Shown in pieces: positions 27,444 to 40,839 of a stretch of 64,000 nt of DNA. Source of the stretch: Octopus vulgaris (Eukaryota). A program made the translations under genes and the position numbers. The notes beneath the pieces are model-generated. The model ran no database searches. It saw nothing but the letters and a program-made list of their open reading frames with translations, and was not told the origin of the DNA. Each line of letters opens with the position of its first letter. The first letter of the stretch is position 1. The stretch is from the NCBI GenBank assembly GCA_951406725.2, contig OX597817.1:56234001-56298000 (forward strand). The letters are read 5' to 3'.

Positions 27444-29880
27444 TTTCCTTCTTTCTTCAAATTTTCTTCCGTTTCTCGCCGAGTGTTTTCCATACACCTA
27501 GGGCAGAGAAGGGCATTGTATGCATTCCCAGATTACACGCGCAAATTCACAGATAGAATATGTATTTAAAAATTAATAAATAAATAAATTCATTGATGGA
27601 TGTTATTTTCACAGCGATAGTGCTCTTCTCAGTAAATGAGCCGTTGCAGTTAATACGAATTTTTGCACTTCCTGTTGGGATGGTAAGCCTGTGATCATTT
27701 TCAAATAGGTTTCAGTACTTTTTTTTTATCATTCCTAGAAATCTTACAATCACTGGTACTGTAGTCGCCTTGAGATGCCACATTTTTTTCAATTTCTATT
27801 AGCAGGTCTTTATATTTACTAATCTTGTCAAATTCTTTCGCCGCTATATTGTGATCGCAAGGAATACTCATGTCAATTAATAAACACATCCTTTTTGTCT
27901 GATCTTTTATAATAATATCCGGTTTATTAGTTTTTATAGTCCTGTCGGTCTGCACGGGGAAGTCCCATAGAATCGACACATTTTCCCCCTCAGTCACAGC
28001 TTCAGGATGATGCTTATGTCATTTGTCAGCGGATTTGATTTTATAATGCCGACATATTGTCCAATGTAAATACTGGCCGACTCTGTCATGTCTTGCTTTA
28101 TATTCTGCGGGTGCTAAAACTCTACACCCTGAGATTAGGTGGTCTATTGTTTCAATCTCATCGTTACAGAATCGGCATTTTGGGTCAGCTCCATTTTTCA
28201 TCACATTGGCTTGGTAGTTCCGGCTTAATAAGCTTTGGTCTTGAGCAGCTAATATGAAACCTCCACTCTCTGCTTTTAGCCCTAAACTTCGTAACCATTG
28301 GTGCGTGTGTTTCTGGTCGACATCAGTTTGTTTGCTACGGGCCACATACTTGCCATGGAGAGGTTTCTGTTCCCATCTGCTAGCTAAATTTTCATGTGCT
28401 TTTGTCTTTGCAATTAATTTTATTTTCTTTGCAGCTGCAGTTGGCGCATTTCCTTCAGCCTGCTCAATCTGGTGGGTAGCTAAGAGATCATCAGCGAATG
28501 TTTTGCTCTCTTTGAGAATAGAGTGAAGTTTTTTAGGTCTTTCGTGTTTTTCAACAAGTTTTAGCATCCAATCGTTGGTTGCTTCAAGGTATTTGGCCTG
28601 TCCGATGTGGTGGTTTTGTATGTAAGTTCAAGCTGGATCAAACCTCGACATCCCTGGGCTCTGGGAGGTAAAGGCGATTCACGTCTGCATTTGGATGGTG
28701 CATCTTATTACAAGTCAGTAGCTTGCGGATTTTTGTGTTAATTTTCATTATTTCACTGGTATTCCAGTTAAGCACATTGAAGCTATAAAGAACAACTGGT
28801 ACTGCTAAGTAATTTATGGCTAAAACCTTATTATATGCATTCAGCTCAGACTTCATGACTGCTCGAACTCTTCTATAACATTATTTCCTTACCATCTCTT
28901 TCATGCTTGCATGCTGGATACCAGAACCTTCATTTATTCCTAGGTATTTATAGGTTTGTTCCTTTATTACTATTTCGACATCTAATTCGATTGAACTAGA
29001 ATTTACTAACTTCCCTTTCTTAAAAGTGGCTTTGGCACACTTTTCAAGGCCAAACTCCATCCCGATATCATCACTGAATCCTATCACAGTATGTAATAAT
29101 CCTTCAAGCTCTTCATCATCTTTGCCATATAGCTTTAAGTCATCTATATAAAATAGATGGCTTATTTTCCTGTTGTCAATTTTGTAGCCATATCCTGTTC
29201 TATTCAGTTCACTTGAGAGTGGTATTAGTGCTATGCAGAAAATTAGTGGTGAAAGTGAGTCACCTTGGAAAATTCCACAGTTTATGCTAATGTTGTTTGA
29301 GTGCAATACTCTATTAGAATGATATAATTGGAGCTTCGTGTTCCATAGTGACATATTATACTTTAAAAAATCTGAAATCACAGGAGAAATTTTGAAAATG
29401 TCCAGCGATTTCAGAATCCACGAATGCGGTATGCTGTCAAAGGCTTTTTTATAATCAATCCATGAAGAGCTGAGATTTCTGCGCTTGTTATAGCAGTTCT
29501 CAAGGATCATGCGATTAATTAGGAGCTGATCTTTGCATCCGTATGAGCCTCGTCTGCATCCTTTTTGTTCAGTGGGAAGGAGGTTATTCCCTTCCATAAA
29601 CGTACATGTTTTCTCTACTAGAATAGATGTCAAAATCTTATAGGTAGTAGATAAACATGTAGTATTTTGGCTCTTTCGTTTTGTTATTTTTGGAGAGGAG
29701 GTAAGTAATACCATTTGCCATCCAATGTAGTGTTTTTCCGGGTCTTTTATAATACTATTAAATAGTATTACTAACATTTTGTGTGCGGACGAGAGTGATG
29801 AGAGCCAGAAAATTGGTACTCTATCAATACCAGGGGATTTCCACTTATAAGCCTTCGTTAGTGCCCTCCTTAGGTCGGCG
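27443..29880 (-). mobile_element. R4/Dong-clade family B, 5'-truncated and frameshifted (RT, zinc knuckle, RLE)
   Basis: RT motifs EQKG, WIDYKKAFDS, GIFQGDSLSPL, HLFYIDDLKL, YKYLG (28881-29777); CRFC..HLISGC, RHD (28019-28567); KPDII, LIDMS (27701-27997); (ATT)n flanks. Confidence 0.93.
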
Positions 29881-29951
<71 letters not shown>

Positions 29952-30002
29952 CGTTATTATGATATTCCACGACTATATGGCATAGTGGTTATATATATAT
30001 AT

Positions 30003-30195
30003 GAAATTTATAGAAAAACAAAAGACGAAGACAGGTGTGTGATCAACAAGTAAGTGTATTAGTTGGACGCTCGATAGAGTGCAAAAAGTCTTTTACGTTT
30101 CAAGCCTACGCTCTTCATAAGAAAGGAATAAGAGAAAATAAACAGAGAGAGAAAATGGAAAACTTGTAGATTTCAGCGGTCCAGCACGGCGAATG
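30003..30195 (-). mobile_element. short ORF-less element with degenerate hammerhead
   Basis: 30089-30126 minus: TCCTTT-CTTATGA-A-GAGC-gtag-GCTT-GAAA-CGTA-AAAGA; TA-repeat flanks; sister of 1343-1515. Confidence 0.65.
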
Positions 30196-30278
30196 ATTAT
30201 ATATATGTGTGTGTATGTGTATATGTGTGTGTATGTATATGTATTATATAAATTTATGTATATATATACATATATATA

Positions 30279-30733
30279 CGAGGGTGAGTCAAATAGTAAC
30301 GCCATTTTGTTTTGGATAGGTATAATTACATGTATCATACATCAAAATGAAGCTTATTATGACCAGAATGACAACTTGAGCATCCCAAAAGACAGTTGCC
30401 ATGATTCTTCCAGCTGACTTCTGCGTCTTGAACTTTTGCGGTGATGGTGACGGAGAGTGGCGCCATTCCATTGATTGCCTCTTTGATTCCAGTTCATTAT
30501 GATGAACCCATGTTTCATCACTTGTTATGAGCTTTCGAAAGAACGTCTTGTTTCTTTGACGTTGTAGTAAAGAAGCGGCTCAAAGAACAGTGAACAGAAT
30601 TTTACGGGGCAGGGATACATGCACTCATTCAAAGGTGGAACATTGCTATTGGGAGAAACGGCGGTTATGTTGAGAAGTAGGGATGTGATCCACTGAGGAC
30701 CAGCTTCATTTGGATGTATGATACATGCTCCTG
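30279..30733. mobile_element. rearranged mariner remnant
   Basis: TA+CGAGGG terminus; minus strand QSMEWRHSPSPSPQKFKTQKSAGRIMATVFWD; plus strand [27 protein letters not shown] (transposase C-terminus). Confidence 0.85.
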
Positions 30734-30809
30734 TATATATATATATGTATGTATGTAAATATATGTATATATATAAAGATATACATATATATATATTCAT
30801 ATATACATA

Positions 30810-30905
<96 letters not shown>

Positions 30906-30985
30906 CAGATACATAGAAAGATAGAAAAGAATATTGATTAGAGATGGAGAATTAGAGAAAGTGAGAGAGAAATATACATACATGC

Positions 30986-31019
<34 letters not shown>

Positions 31020-31345
31020 GGCAGACAAACAGATAGATAGATAGATAGATAGAGACAAAGACAGACGAACATACATACAGACAGGCAGGCGAACAGATAG
31101 ACAAAAGGTGAGGAGTGATTTATAAGGGACCACATACACGCTAGGGCGCAAGCACATATACACATACACACACATATAAAACAAGAAACAAACAAACAAA
31201 CAAACGAACAAACAAAATGGCTGTTTTTGTCATAGTTGTATAGTTGTAGAACTGAGCAATCAGTCAGATGAAACATTATTTCAGGATTGTAGTAAAAATT
31301 AACTGAATGATTTGATCTACTTAGCAATAACAGCAGCAGCAGTAC

Positions 31346-31421
<76 letters not shown>

Positions 31422-32168
31422 TCGAATGTAAGTAGTTCAGAACTGTAAGTTGCAAATTTGCTAATGAAACGCTTCGGTGAACATTTGAAATGGAATGTGC
31501 CTGAGTGGAAACCTTCCAACCCCAAGAACTAGCTGAGGGCTCCATCATATGTTATGTAGATTTACCATTTCTCAGAATGTAATGTAGTCGAAGAATTGCA
31601 GGCCAACTGTGTTGGTAATTGAAAGATAATGAAGGATCTCTGTTCTACCGAAATAAGTTTTGCTTGGAATCGAAGACTTGGTTCCGTGTTGCTAATAGAA
31701 TTCTGGTTGGTATTGGCCAACAGCATAAGAAATAAGTGTATTGTTGAGATATAGAGAAGCTGACGAGGGATGGACGAGGAGAGTGTAGAGGAGAGTAAGG
31801 CATATACAGAGAAGAGGAAAGTAAGGAGATTGAGGGAGGGGAGAGTGAGGAACTGAGAGAAGGAAGAGTAAGAAAATTAATAGAGGACGTGATTAAGGTT
31901 TTGGATAGTGAAAGGTGTTAAGGAGAGTAAGAGGATTAGGAGAGTATGGTGAGAGAGAAAGAAAGATTTCTAATAGTATTAAAGGATAGAGTCGGTGAGA
32001 GGGGGGGAGAGATAGACAGGAGAGAGAGAAGGAGATTAATTAGAAGGGAGAATGTGGAAAGTAAGAATAACGGGAAAAGAAGAGAGTTAGCCATACACAG
32101 AGTCAGCATGTGTGTGTGTGTTGCGTGCGTGTCAGCTCGTGTGTTTGTGTGTGTGTGTGTAGGTATGC

Positions 32169-32204
<36 letters not shown>

Positions 32205-32241
32205 GTATATATATCTGTATATATATATCTATATATATATG

Positions 32242-32282
<41 letters not shown>

Positions 32283-32285
<3 letters not shown>

Positions 32286-33139
32286 TTATTGTGGTGTCCT
32301 GTACTCGCGTATAATTATTTATATATGCATGTATATATATACATGTAGATGTAGGTACGTACATATATGTTTGAATGTATGCATATATTTTTATTTATCA
32401 CATTGTTGTCTGACAGCGCCCCGCGTCAGGTTCGTTCCGATTCGTCGTTTCGTTCCACCTCTTGGTTCCTGTTATTTTTATATTATTATTATACTTAAGA
32501 CGCGGAATTCTCTCCCTTTGCTTTACCCTCTCCACTCTCTCTCTCCCTCCCACTCCTCCTCTCTCTCTCAGCCACGTGTCCTTCCTTCTTCCTTACTGCC
32601 AGCCTATAACAATTTCTTTTACACATTGCCCCTACTACTGAAAAGACTGCCTTTCTCGCGCTGCCACAGTATCCTTCGTCTATGCCAGAAAAAAAGGCTT
32701 TTTCGTTCGTCCTCTTGTGTGTTTGATTCCCTGTATCGTATTCTCTTTTTATTTTCTCGTTTTGTATTTATTTGTATTTTTTGTACATGTATTTTAATTT
32801 TTGCAGTTTTATTGTTACGTCCTGTTCGTGTTCGTACTCATTTTGCCCCGCTGCTTAGAATTTTATTTGAATTCTCTCGCAGGAAGGCCTAGTGGATTAG
32901 TGTTCTGTCTTGCCTTCGAAACATGCTTGAGTCTACTAGCGACAGCTGATAACGGGGTTTTTTTCCTTGTGTAGCACGTCCTGTAACTGTTTTTTTCGTT
33001 TTCTTGTTTTTCCCGTTTCTACGTCTTATTGTGGTGTCCTGTACTCACGTATAATTATTTATATATGCATGTATATATACATGTAGATGTAGGTACGTAC
33101 ATATATGTTTGTATGTATGCATATATTTTTATTTATCAC

Positions 33140-33140
<1 letters not shown>
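32283..33140 (+). mobile_element. ORF-less element with ~120-bp terminal direct repeats in (TA)n (Penelope pseudo-LTR-like)
   Basis: 32283-32402 is repeated at 33023-33140; (TA)n on both flanks. Confidence 0.7.
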
Positions 33141-33192
<52 letters not shown>

Positions 33193-33367
33193 TGTATGTA
33201 TGTATGTATGCATGTATGTATGTATGCATAACGAAAAGTTTGCAAGAAGCAATGAAAATTATAGAAAAAATAGATAAATTCAGTGGAAATCGAAGCGGTG
33301 TGTGTGTTAAGTAATAAAGTACTAAAAGAGACTGAATCTCGCCAGACACAATAATGTATACATTACA

Positions 33368-34210
33368 TGGAAAAATGCGAGCGAGAGAAATAATATTCTT
33401 AAGATTATAAAACTGGAAAAATACAAGACAAGTTATTACATCTGGTAAAGTACAGAACAAGAAAATTTTTACTTAAAATATTGCAGCTAAATATAAAAGT
33501 TCAAATAAAATATTTAGATTTAGAAAATATTAGCTTTTATTAAAACTAATAATTTTATTACAAGTCATTACTTCTATTTGTTATTACTTGTTACTTCAAA
33601 GGAGAATAAAAAAATATCTTAATTAAAATATCTTTTACACTTTAAAAAAATCATTTTTTAAATTGTTATTCAATAATTAGAAATTTGAAAATATGTTATA
33701 AAAAAAATAGTAGTACATAATTAATACAGTATAATAATACAAAAATTACTTATATATTGCAGTAAAATCTACCTATAACAACAAATTCACAGCAGAATTT
33801 GCTTGAGTTATTGTTAAGATATTACCGAGTCTTCACATTTTTAGTCTTGACCCAATGCCTATTTTTTACATAATGAATTTGCCTTCCATATATATTATTG
33901 TACTTTGAATAAAACTTTAGCTACATTGGTACTTCTGGTTCTCATTTCTCAAGTGTTCTAGTGTGTCAATATTTTAACAAAATGATGGTACCTTATTTTA
34001 ATTATAATGTTACTTTGTGAATTAAAATCAAATAAATTTTAATATTCAAATTTTATCCTTAGCTGCAATATTTTAAGTAAAAATTTTCTTGTTTTGTACC
34101 TTACTAAATGGAATAAGTTGTCCTAAATATTTCCAAATGTAATAACATGTCCTGAAATTTTCCAGGTTTATGATATAATGAATATTATTTCTCTTGCTAG
34201 CATTTTTCCA
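33368..34210. mobile_element. AT-rich MITE-like element with long imperfect TIRs
   Basis: 33368-33490 is the inverse of 34059-34210 (caagaaaatttttacttaaaatattgcagctaa / ttagctgcaatattttaagtaaaaattttcttg). Confidence 0.8.
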
Positions 34211-35531
34211 GGCTATGCTATTATGTTAATTAATAATGAGTCACATGTATCAATTAAAGATGACGTTCATAATTTTTTCCTCGCCTCAATGACGCCGGTG
34301 ACATATATTAAAAGTCCCCTTATAGAACTATATTCATAAAATGTATAGAACTATATTATCACCCTCAAATTTGAGAAACAAACACTCATAACTTTTTCCT
34401 TTTAAAACTTCATTACATGAGATATATACCTTGAAATTCTTCGAATTGAGCTCTATCATAGGAGTGATGTATTTGACTAAAGGCGGTGCTCCAGCATGGC
34501 TGCCGTCAAATGACTGGAACAAATGAAAGAATAGAAGAACATATACATGCTTACGTAACATGTTGAGATCTTTGCGTTTGGATTTTATATGACAAGTCCA
34601 TCTTGCCGCCCAACGATAAACTTAGGCGATGCAGTTCTTGCTGTAGTTTATCGATTACAATTCTGATATCACCAGAATTAAAGAAATAATTGTTTATGGA
34701 ACCAACAAATCACGATACTAAACGCCTGTTTTTACAGTTTCCCTTTCTAAATGTTTTGGTGATTTACTTCGACTAAGAAACTCTGTGGAACGCCGTAGGT
34801 TTTCGTATAAGGTCCATTTTCTTTACAGTTGACATTACAACCAAGGAAGAGATAGTTTTATTGCTAAAAGGAACACGGAAATTGCTTTTTGCTATTCAAT
34901 TCGTGCAGCTCCCACTTGTCAAGATTTTCGGGGTTTTTCTAGCGTAGTACAAATGTCAATCCGTTAACCAACGAGCAAAGTTCAACCACTCTGGAATCAC
35001 TCGCCACGTTTTGTGTGACTCTCACGCAGTAAAAGCTCTCAATTTATCGGTTCCAATCCCAAGAACTCCGCCACGATATCCATCATCTTCCAGGCACTAG
35101 TTTCTACTAAGAAATATTTCGCCAAAAAAATTTGAGCAACACGCGCGGCAACATCCGCTCGCCAAATGTTTCATTGACATTCGAGGCCGTTTCCGTTCTT
35201 TGCATTCCATTTTAATCTCATACAATATAATCGCTCCACTTTGCTTTTATCCTTCATTAATTTGACAGCGTAAAGTAAACAAAAGCAAGCTCAAAGAAAA
35301 AGCACTCGCAAAAATCAATAGAACGAAATTTCTTCAAAATTATTTATTAAACAACAAAACGTTTTTCCAAAAGAAGTATGAAACTTTATTTTTGCATAAC
35401 GTAACATATATATATATATAAATATTCGCGTGTGTATCTTGTATGGGTGTGTGCATGTGTGCCTGTACATACATCTATGCATATATTTAAATGTACACAC
35501 GCTCTCTCTGACTCACACACACCCCTACATT

Positions 35532-35626
<95 letters not shown>

Positions 35627-36609
35627 GTATACATGTATATATACGTATGAATACTGATGGTGTATGAGTGTATATACGGGGAAAGATTCTCTCTCTCCCT
35701 CTCTACATATATATATGTATACATACACACATATACTCACATATATATATATATATATTCGTGTGTGTATCCTGCATAGGTGTGTGCATGTGAGTCTGTG
35801 TGTATACATCTATGCATATATATAAATGCACACCCGCTCTCCCTGACACACACACACATATATATATATACATAAGAATAGATAGATATTCGTACATGTA
35901 TCGATAAATATACACACATGTATACATATGTACACAAATATGTATTCTACAATTGCACTGAGTTACCTAGTGCAAAGAACATGATGTTGATAAAATAATG
36001 CAATGAAGTGCAGTTTAGTGCAGTCACGTGGTGCATGTTGTTCATCTGCGATCAGTTGCATGCGCGCATCTCTATACATTTCGTTACCCCTGCAGCGATG
36101 AGTTGAGTTGAAAATTGTTATCTTACCTGAATGCATTCAGGTAATGTTATAGCATTGCATGTACCAAGTCACGTAGTTAAACCTTTTGCTACTATATTAT
36201 AACAACAACAAGAACAACAACAAAATCTGCAATAACAATGACTGAAACAATATCCGTAAGGTAAGCAGCGTAACAACAACAACAACAACAGCAACGTGAG
36301 CAGCGTAACAACAACAACTGCAAGGTGAGCAGCGTAACAACAACAACAGTATCAGAAAGGCGACAACGACATCAAGATAAGAACATTGAAAGGTTGCTGC
36401 AACCACGACCGAAATAAGAAAATTGATAACAAGAACAACAACAGTGAACAATAACAACTATAGCAATAAAACAACACGAACAATAGGAACGAAAATTATA
36501 GGAGTAATAACTACAGGAAGAACATTGCAAACATCAACAATGACAGCAAAAATAATCATTATAACAAAAGTGACAAAAACATTAACATTTGCAAAAATAA
36601 CGATAATAG

Positions 36610-36785
36610 GCGAAGGCGTGGGTGTGTGTTAAAAAGCTTGCTTCCCAACGACGTGGTTCTGGGTTCAGTCCCACTGCGTGGTAACTTGTGCAGGTGTCTT
36701 CTACTATAATCTCTCGTCGACCAAAGCTTTATCAGTGTATTTGGTAAACGGAAACAGAAAGAAGCCCGTCGTAAATACATACATA

Positions 36786-36848
<63 letters not shown>

Positions 36849-36985
36849 TATACGATGAGCTTCTTTCCATCGAACATATCCGTTCACAAAATTTTGAGCG
36901 GCCCAAGGTACCATGAAGCAAGACTGAACCCGGAACCATGTTATTGGGAAGCAAGTATCTTACAACACAGCAGCGCCGGTGCTTA
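36610..36985. mobile_element. two SINE family B 5' halves in opposite orientation around (TA)n
   Basis: 36610-36775 plus, ~36850-36985 minus. Confidence 0.7.
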
Positions 36986-36996
36986 TATGTGTGTGC

Positions 36997-37038
<42 letters not shown>

Positions 37039-37300
37039 GTTTGTGTGTGTGTGTGTGTGTACGTGTGTGTGTGTGTGCGTGCGTGCGTGTGTGCGTGTAC
37101 GTGTGTGTGTGTGTGTGCGTGCGTGCGTATGTATATGTAAAGACCAGGAATGGCTGTACAGTAAGAAAATTGCTTCCCAACCACATGGTTCTGGTTTCAC
37201 TCTCACTGAGTGACTCCTTGAGTAAGTGTCCTCTACTATAGCCTGGACCGAACAAACCCTTGTGAGTGGATTTGATAGACGGAAACCGAAAGAAGTCCGT

Positions 37301-37354
<54 letters not shown>

Positions 37355-37358
<4 letters not shown>

Positions 37359-37780
37359 TTAATAAATCTTAGGGTAGCAGAAAATAATTTATAGAAAATT
37401 TCCTGCCACCTGTGGTCTAGCGAGAAGGAAAAGAATTAGTCAATAGACTATATATTATTTATAGAAAAATACAGTGTATATTTAAACACATAAGACATCT
37501 GACTCACTAGAAATAGGACATCTGACTCACTAGAAAGAGCAGTTAAAACTCCAAGCCACTAATAGTTGCAATTCTGAAAGGGAATGGAAAATAAAAACAT
37601 TTACCCTATCTTTCCTGGACAATGCATAGTTTCGGCAATCTTATGTAAATAAGATAAAATAATTTTAACTTACAACTGGCGTCGCCTCGTCAGCAGGATG
37701 CCAATGTTACCATATAGACACGAGGCGATAAAGAACATGCCTCGTGTTTATATGATATAATTTTTCAAAATCCTCCGCGC
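37355..37780 (-). mobile_element. ORF-less element with canonical hammerhead, inserted in the SINE B microsatellite
   Basis: Follows (TA)n; contains a short direct repeat gacatctgactcactagaaa x2 and the motif at 37613-37698. Confidence 0.65.
37613..37698 (-). ncRNA. type-I hammerhead ribozyme with fully canonical core
   Basis: Minus strand TCCTG-CTGACGA-GGCGA-(long loop)-TTGCC-GAA-ACTA-tgca-TT-GTC-CAGGA: stem I 5 bp, stem II 5 bp, stem III with one U.U mismatch, GUC triplet. Confidence 0.85.
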
Positions 37781-38194
37781 ATACATGTGTGTGTATGTGT
37801 GTCTGTGTGCTTCTTTTAAACGCCACCCATTTTGGACAACCGGTGTTGGTATGTTTACGTCCCCGTAACTTAGAGACTCGGCAACAGAAACCGGTAGTAT
37901 AAGTAGCAGCCTTAGAACAGTATTAGGGTTGGTTCATTCGATATTCCACAAAAGGTTGTTCTAGGTGGTGCCTCAGTATGGACACAGTCTGAAACAAGTA
38001 ACAGTTAAACACACACACACACAAACACATATATACACACATATATACATATATATATATACATATATACATATGCAAACATATATATGCATATATACAT
38101 ACACACACATAGCGCACGCACACACATGCAAACAAAGATATGAAAGAAATATATATATATATATATATACATATATATATACATATATATATAA

Positions 38195-38259
<65 letters not shown>

Positions 38260-38792
38260 TATATACATATATATACATACATATATATATATATATATAT
38301 TAAATATAAGCGTATGCTCTATATGTATGCTGTATATACATATGTATGTATATTATATGTAGGTAGGATGCATATGTCTCCACATAAGTGGAATCCTTTG
38401 TGTCCGAGTTGTGGGGTGACTTCTCGTCGCTATTGTATAAATTATTATTCACTTCTTGAAATAAATTTAACTGTTTTTTAAAGGTTTCATTTTTAATATT
38501 GAACATTATAGATAATATTGAACATTAAACATAATCGTAGCAAAACAGGGAAATAGGCAATTATTGAGAATAATTGGTGTCTTCGATAATTGGTAAGTGT
38601 GCGAACATTCATATTCTTTACATAAGCTGTTTAGGATAAGTAATAAATTCTAAGGAGGACATATATTCCTCAAGGTGGGTAATTTTCAGAAGATTCCAAT
38701 GTTCTTTAAGCATGTAATTATTGTTAATGGTCCATCGAGGAATTTTGTCAATTAGATTGGAGCGATTAATTGCATGAATGATATAGGAGTAT

Positions 38793-38830
<38 letters not shown>

Positions 38831-39069
38831 TAGATAGATATAGATATAGATATGTATGTATATATATATATATATATACATATATATGTATGTGTGTGTG
38901 TGTGTGTTTGTATATATATATGTATATATATATCATATTGAAATATTTTATATTATATTGATACATGTGTTATGCGTATACGTGTATATATATTTAGTTC
39001 ACATATATATATATATATATATATATATGCATACATACATATAATGTACTTTTATATGAATATATACTG

Positions 39070-39125
<56 letters not shown>

Positions 39126-39634
39126 ATACGTATGTATATACATGTATGCATGTAATATATTATATATATTACATGTATGCATGTAATATATTAATCACCA
39201 CGTGATATAATGTTATCAGTCTTACTGCATGAAGTTAACTCGAATTACTTTGGGATAATCTTAGGAATATTGCCTTCGGTGCCAGGGAGGGGTGTTATCA
39301 TACACAATAGTAAAATGGTTAATGTTCTTGGAAGGACTTCAGATAATTTTTTTTTCCTTAAACTTTTGTTTTATGAAAAGTAGCACCTAATTTAGGTCGA
39401 CGAATTAATATAGTGGTTAAATTGTTAGATATAATGCCTGACAGAGTTTATTATGTATGTTCAGAGTTCAAACCTTGCTGAGGAGAGCTTTGATTTTTAT
39501 TATTTCGGGTTCGAGCAAAAAATGTACCCAATTCTAAAGGACGCATAATAGATCTGTGAGAATGTCGGATATGGCACCTTACGGTGTATGATCCGGCTTT
39601 TAGCGTTCCGATAGAAAGATTTTCAACAACATTA

Positions 39635-40040
39635 CTCTTTTACTCTTTTACTTGTTTCAATCATGTGACTGCGGCCATGCTGGAGCCCGCCTTTAGTCGA
39701 GCAAATCGATCCCAGGACACATTCTTTGTAAGCCTAGTACTTTTTCTATCGGTCTCTTTTGCCGAACCGCTAAGTTACAGGGGCGTAAACAAACATACTA
39801 GCATCGGTTGTCAAGCGATGTTGGAGGGAGGACAAACACAGACACACAAACATATACACACACAGACACACAAGCATATACACACACATACATCTATATA
39901 TACATATATACGACGGGCTTCTTTCAGTTTTCCGTCTACCAAATCCACTCACAAGGCTTTGGTCGACCCGAGGCTGTAGTAGAAGACACTTGACCGAGGT
40001 GCCACCCAGTGGGACTGCAGTCGGAACCATGTGGCTGGTA
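39635..40040 (-). mobile_element. SINE family B, near full length
   Basis: Reverse complement of 52802-53170. Confidence 0.88.
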
Positions 40041-40209
40041 ACAATCTGTATCGTTTCTCATATTTCTCTTGGATAAATATCGGCGGTTGGCTTGTGTATA
40101 ATGTAAGCTTGCTTCTCAACCGCCCGCACATCTACACATCTCCTTCATTAGTGAGCATGCGCAATGGATTTTACTAAATCATTTCTCCCTAGCCCTTTCT
40201 CTCTCCCCT

Positions 40210-40249
<40 letters not shown>

Positions 40250-40530
40250 GATATATGCATGGTTATATTCATGTAGTTCTGTACGTATCTACGTATTAAT
40301 ATATATATCCGTGTTTAGATTTATTGATGGTTAAAAAGTTGCTACTATACTAACAAAGTCTCTTAGTATATTTGTTCTGCATCGGTTCCGACATTCACCT
40401 ATATTACTGCAACGCTACAACCATTAAGAGTGACTGATATATTTCTTTATTCGTTTTGTTAATGTTTTCCTTTTTTTTATTTCGCCGCAAGTCAACCGTG
40501 GATGAGCAACACTATGTTCAAGTACATGAT

Positions 40531-40761
40531 GGCGGCGAGCTGGCAGAAACGTTAGCACGCCGGGCGAAATGTTTAGTGGTATTTCGTCTGCCGTTACGTT
40601 GTGAGTTCAAATTCCGCCGAGGTCGACTTTGCCTTTCATCCTTTCGGGGTCGATAAATTAAGTACCAGTTATACACTGGGTTCGATGTAATCGACTTAAT
40701 ACCTATGTCTGTCCTTGTTTGTCCCCTCTGTATTTAGCCCCTTGTGGGTAATGAAGAAATA
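40531..40761 (+). mobile_element. SINE family A, full length with 16-bp TSD
   Basis: TSD tatgttcaagtacatg at 40513-40528 and 40762-40777. Confidence 0.93.
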
Positions 40762-40839
40762 TATGTTCAAGTACATGTCTGCTACCATTTCTGCCAAGAC
40801 ATTGCATATCTAGGAATATATTATAAAATGTACTCTTCA

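Larger units (their letters stand above)
37145..38005 (+). mobile_element. SINE family B split by an insertion in its microsatellite
   Basis: 5' half 37145-37300, 3' half 37790-38005. Confidence 0.75.

Noticed and set aside
27381-27497. N-terminus of the 357-aa ORF (MYGKH...poly-N)
   Set aside because: Read-through from the Dong-B 3' UTR and the TAA tract, not part of the Dong-A protein
35951-35975. miR-92-like seed (aattgcact)
   Set aside because: The rest does not match miR-92 and the hairpin is too short for a pre-miRNA
38380-38780. Possible Penelope ORF remnant (MLKEHWNLLK...)
   Set aside because: Only a faint resemblance; no RT or GIY-YIG motif visible
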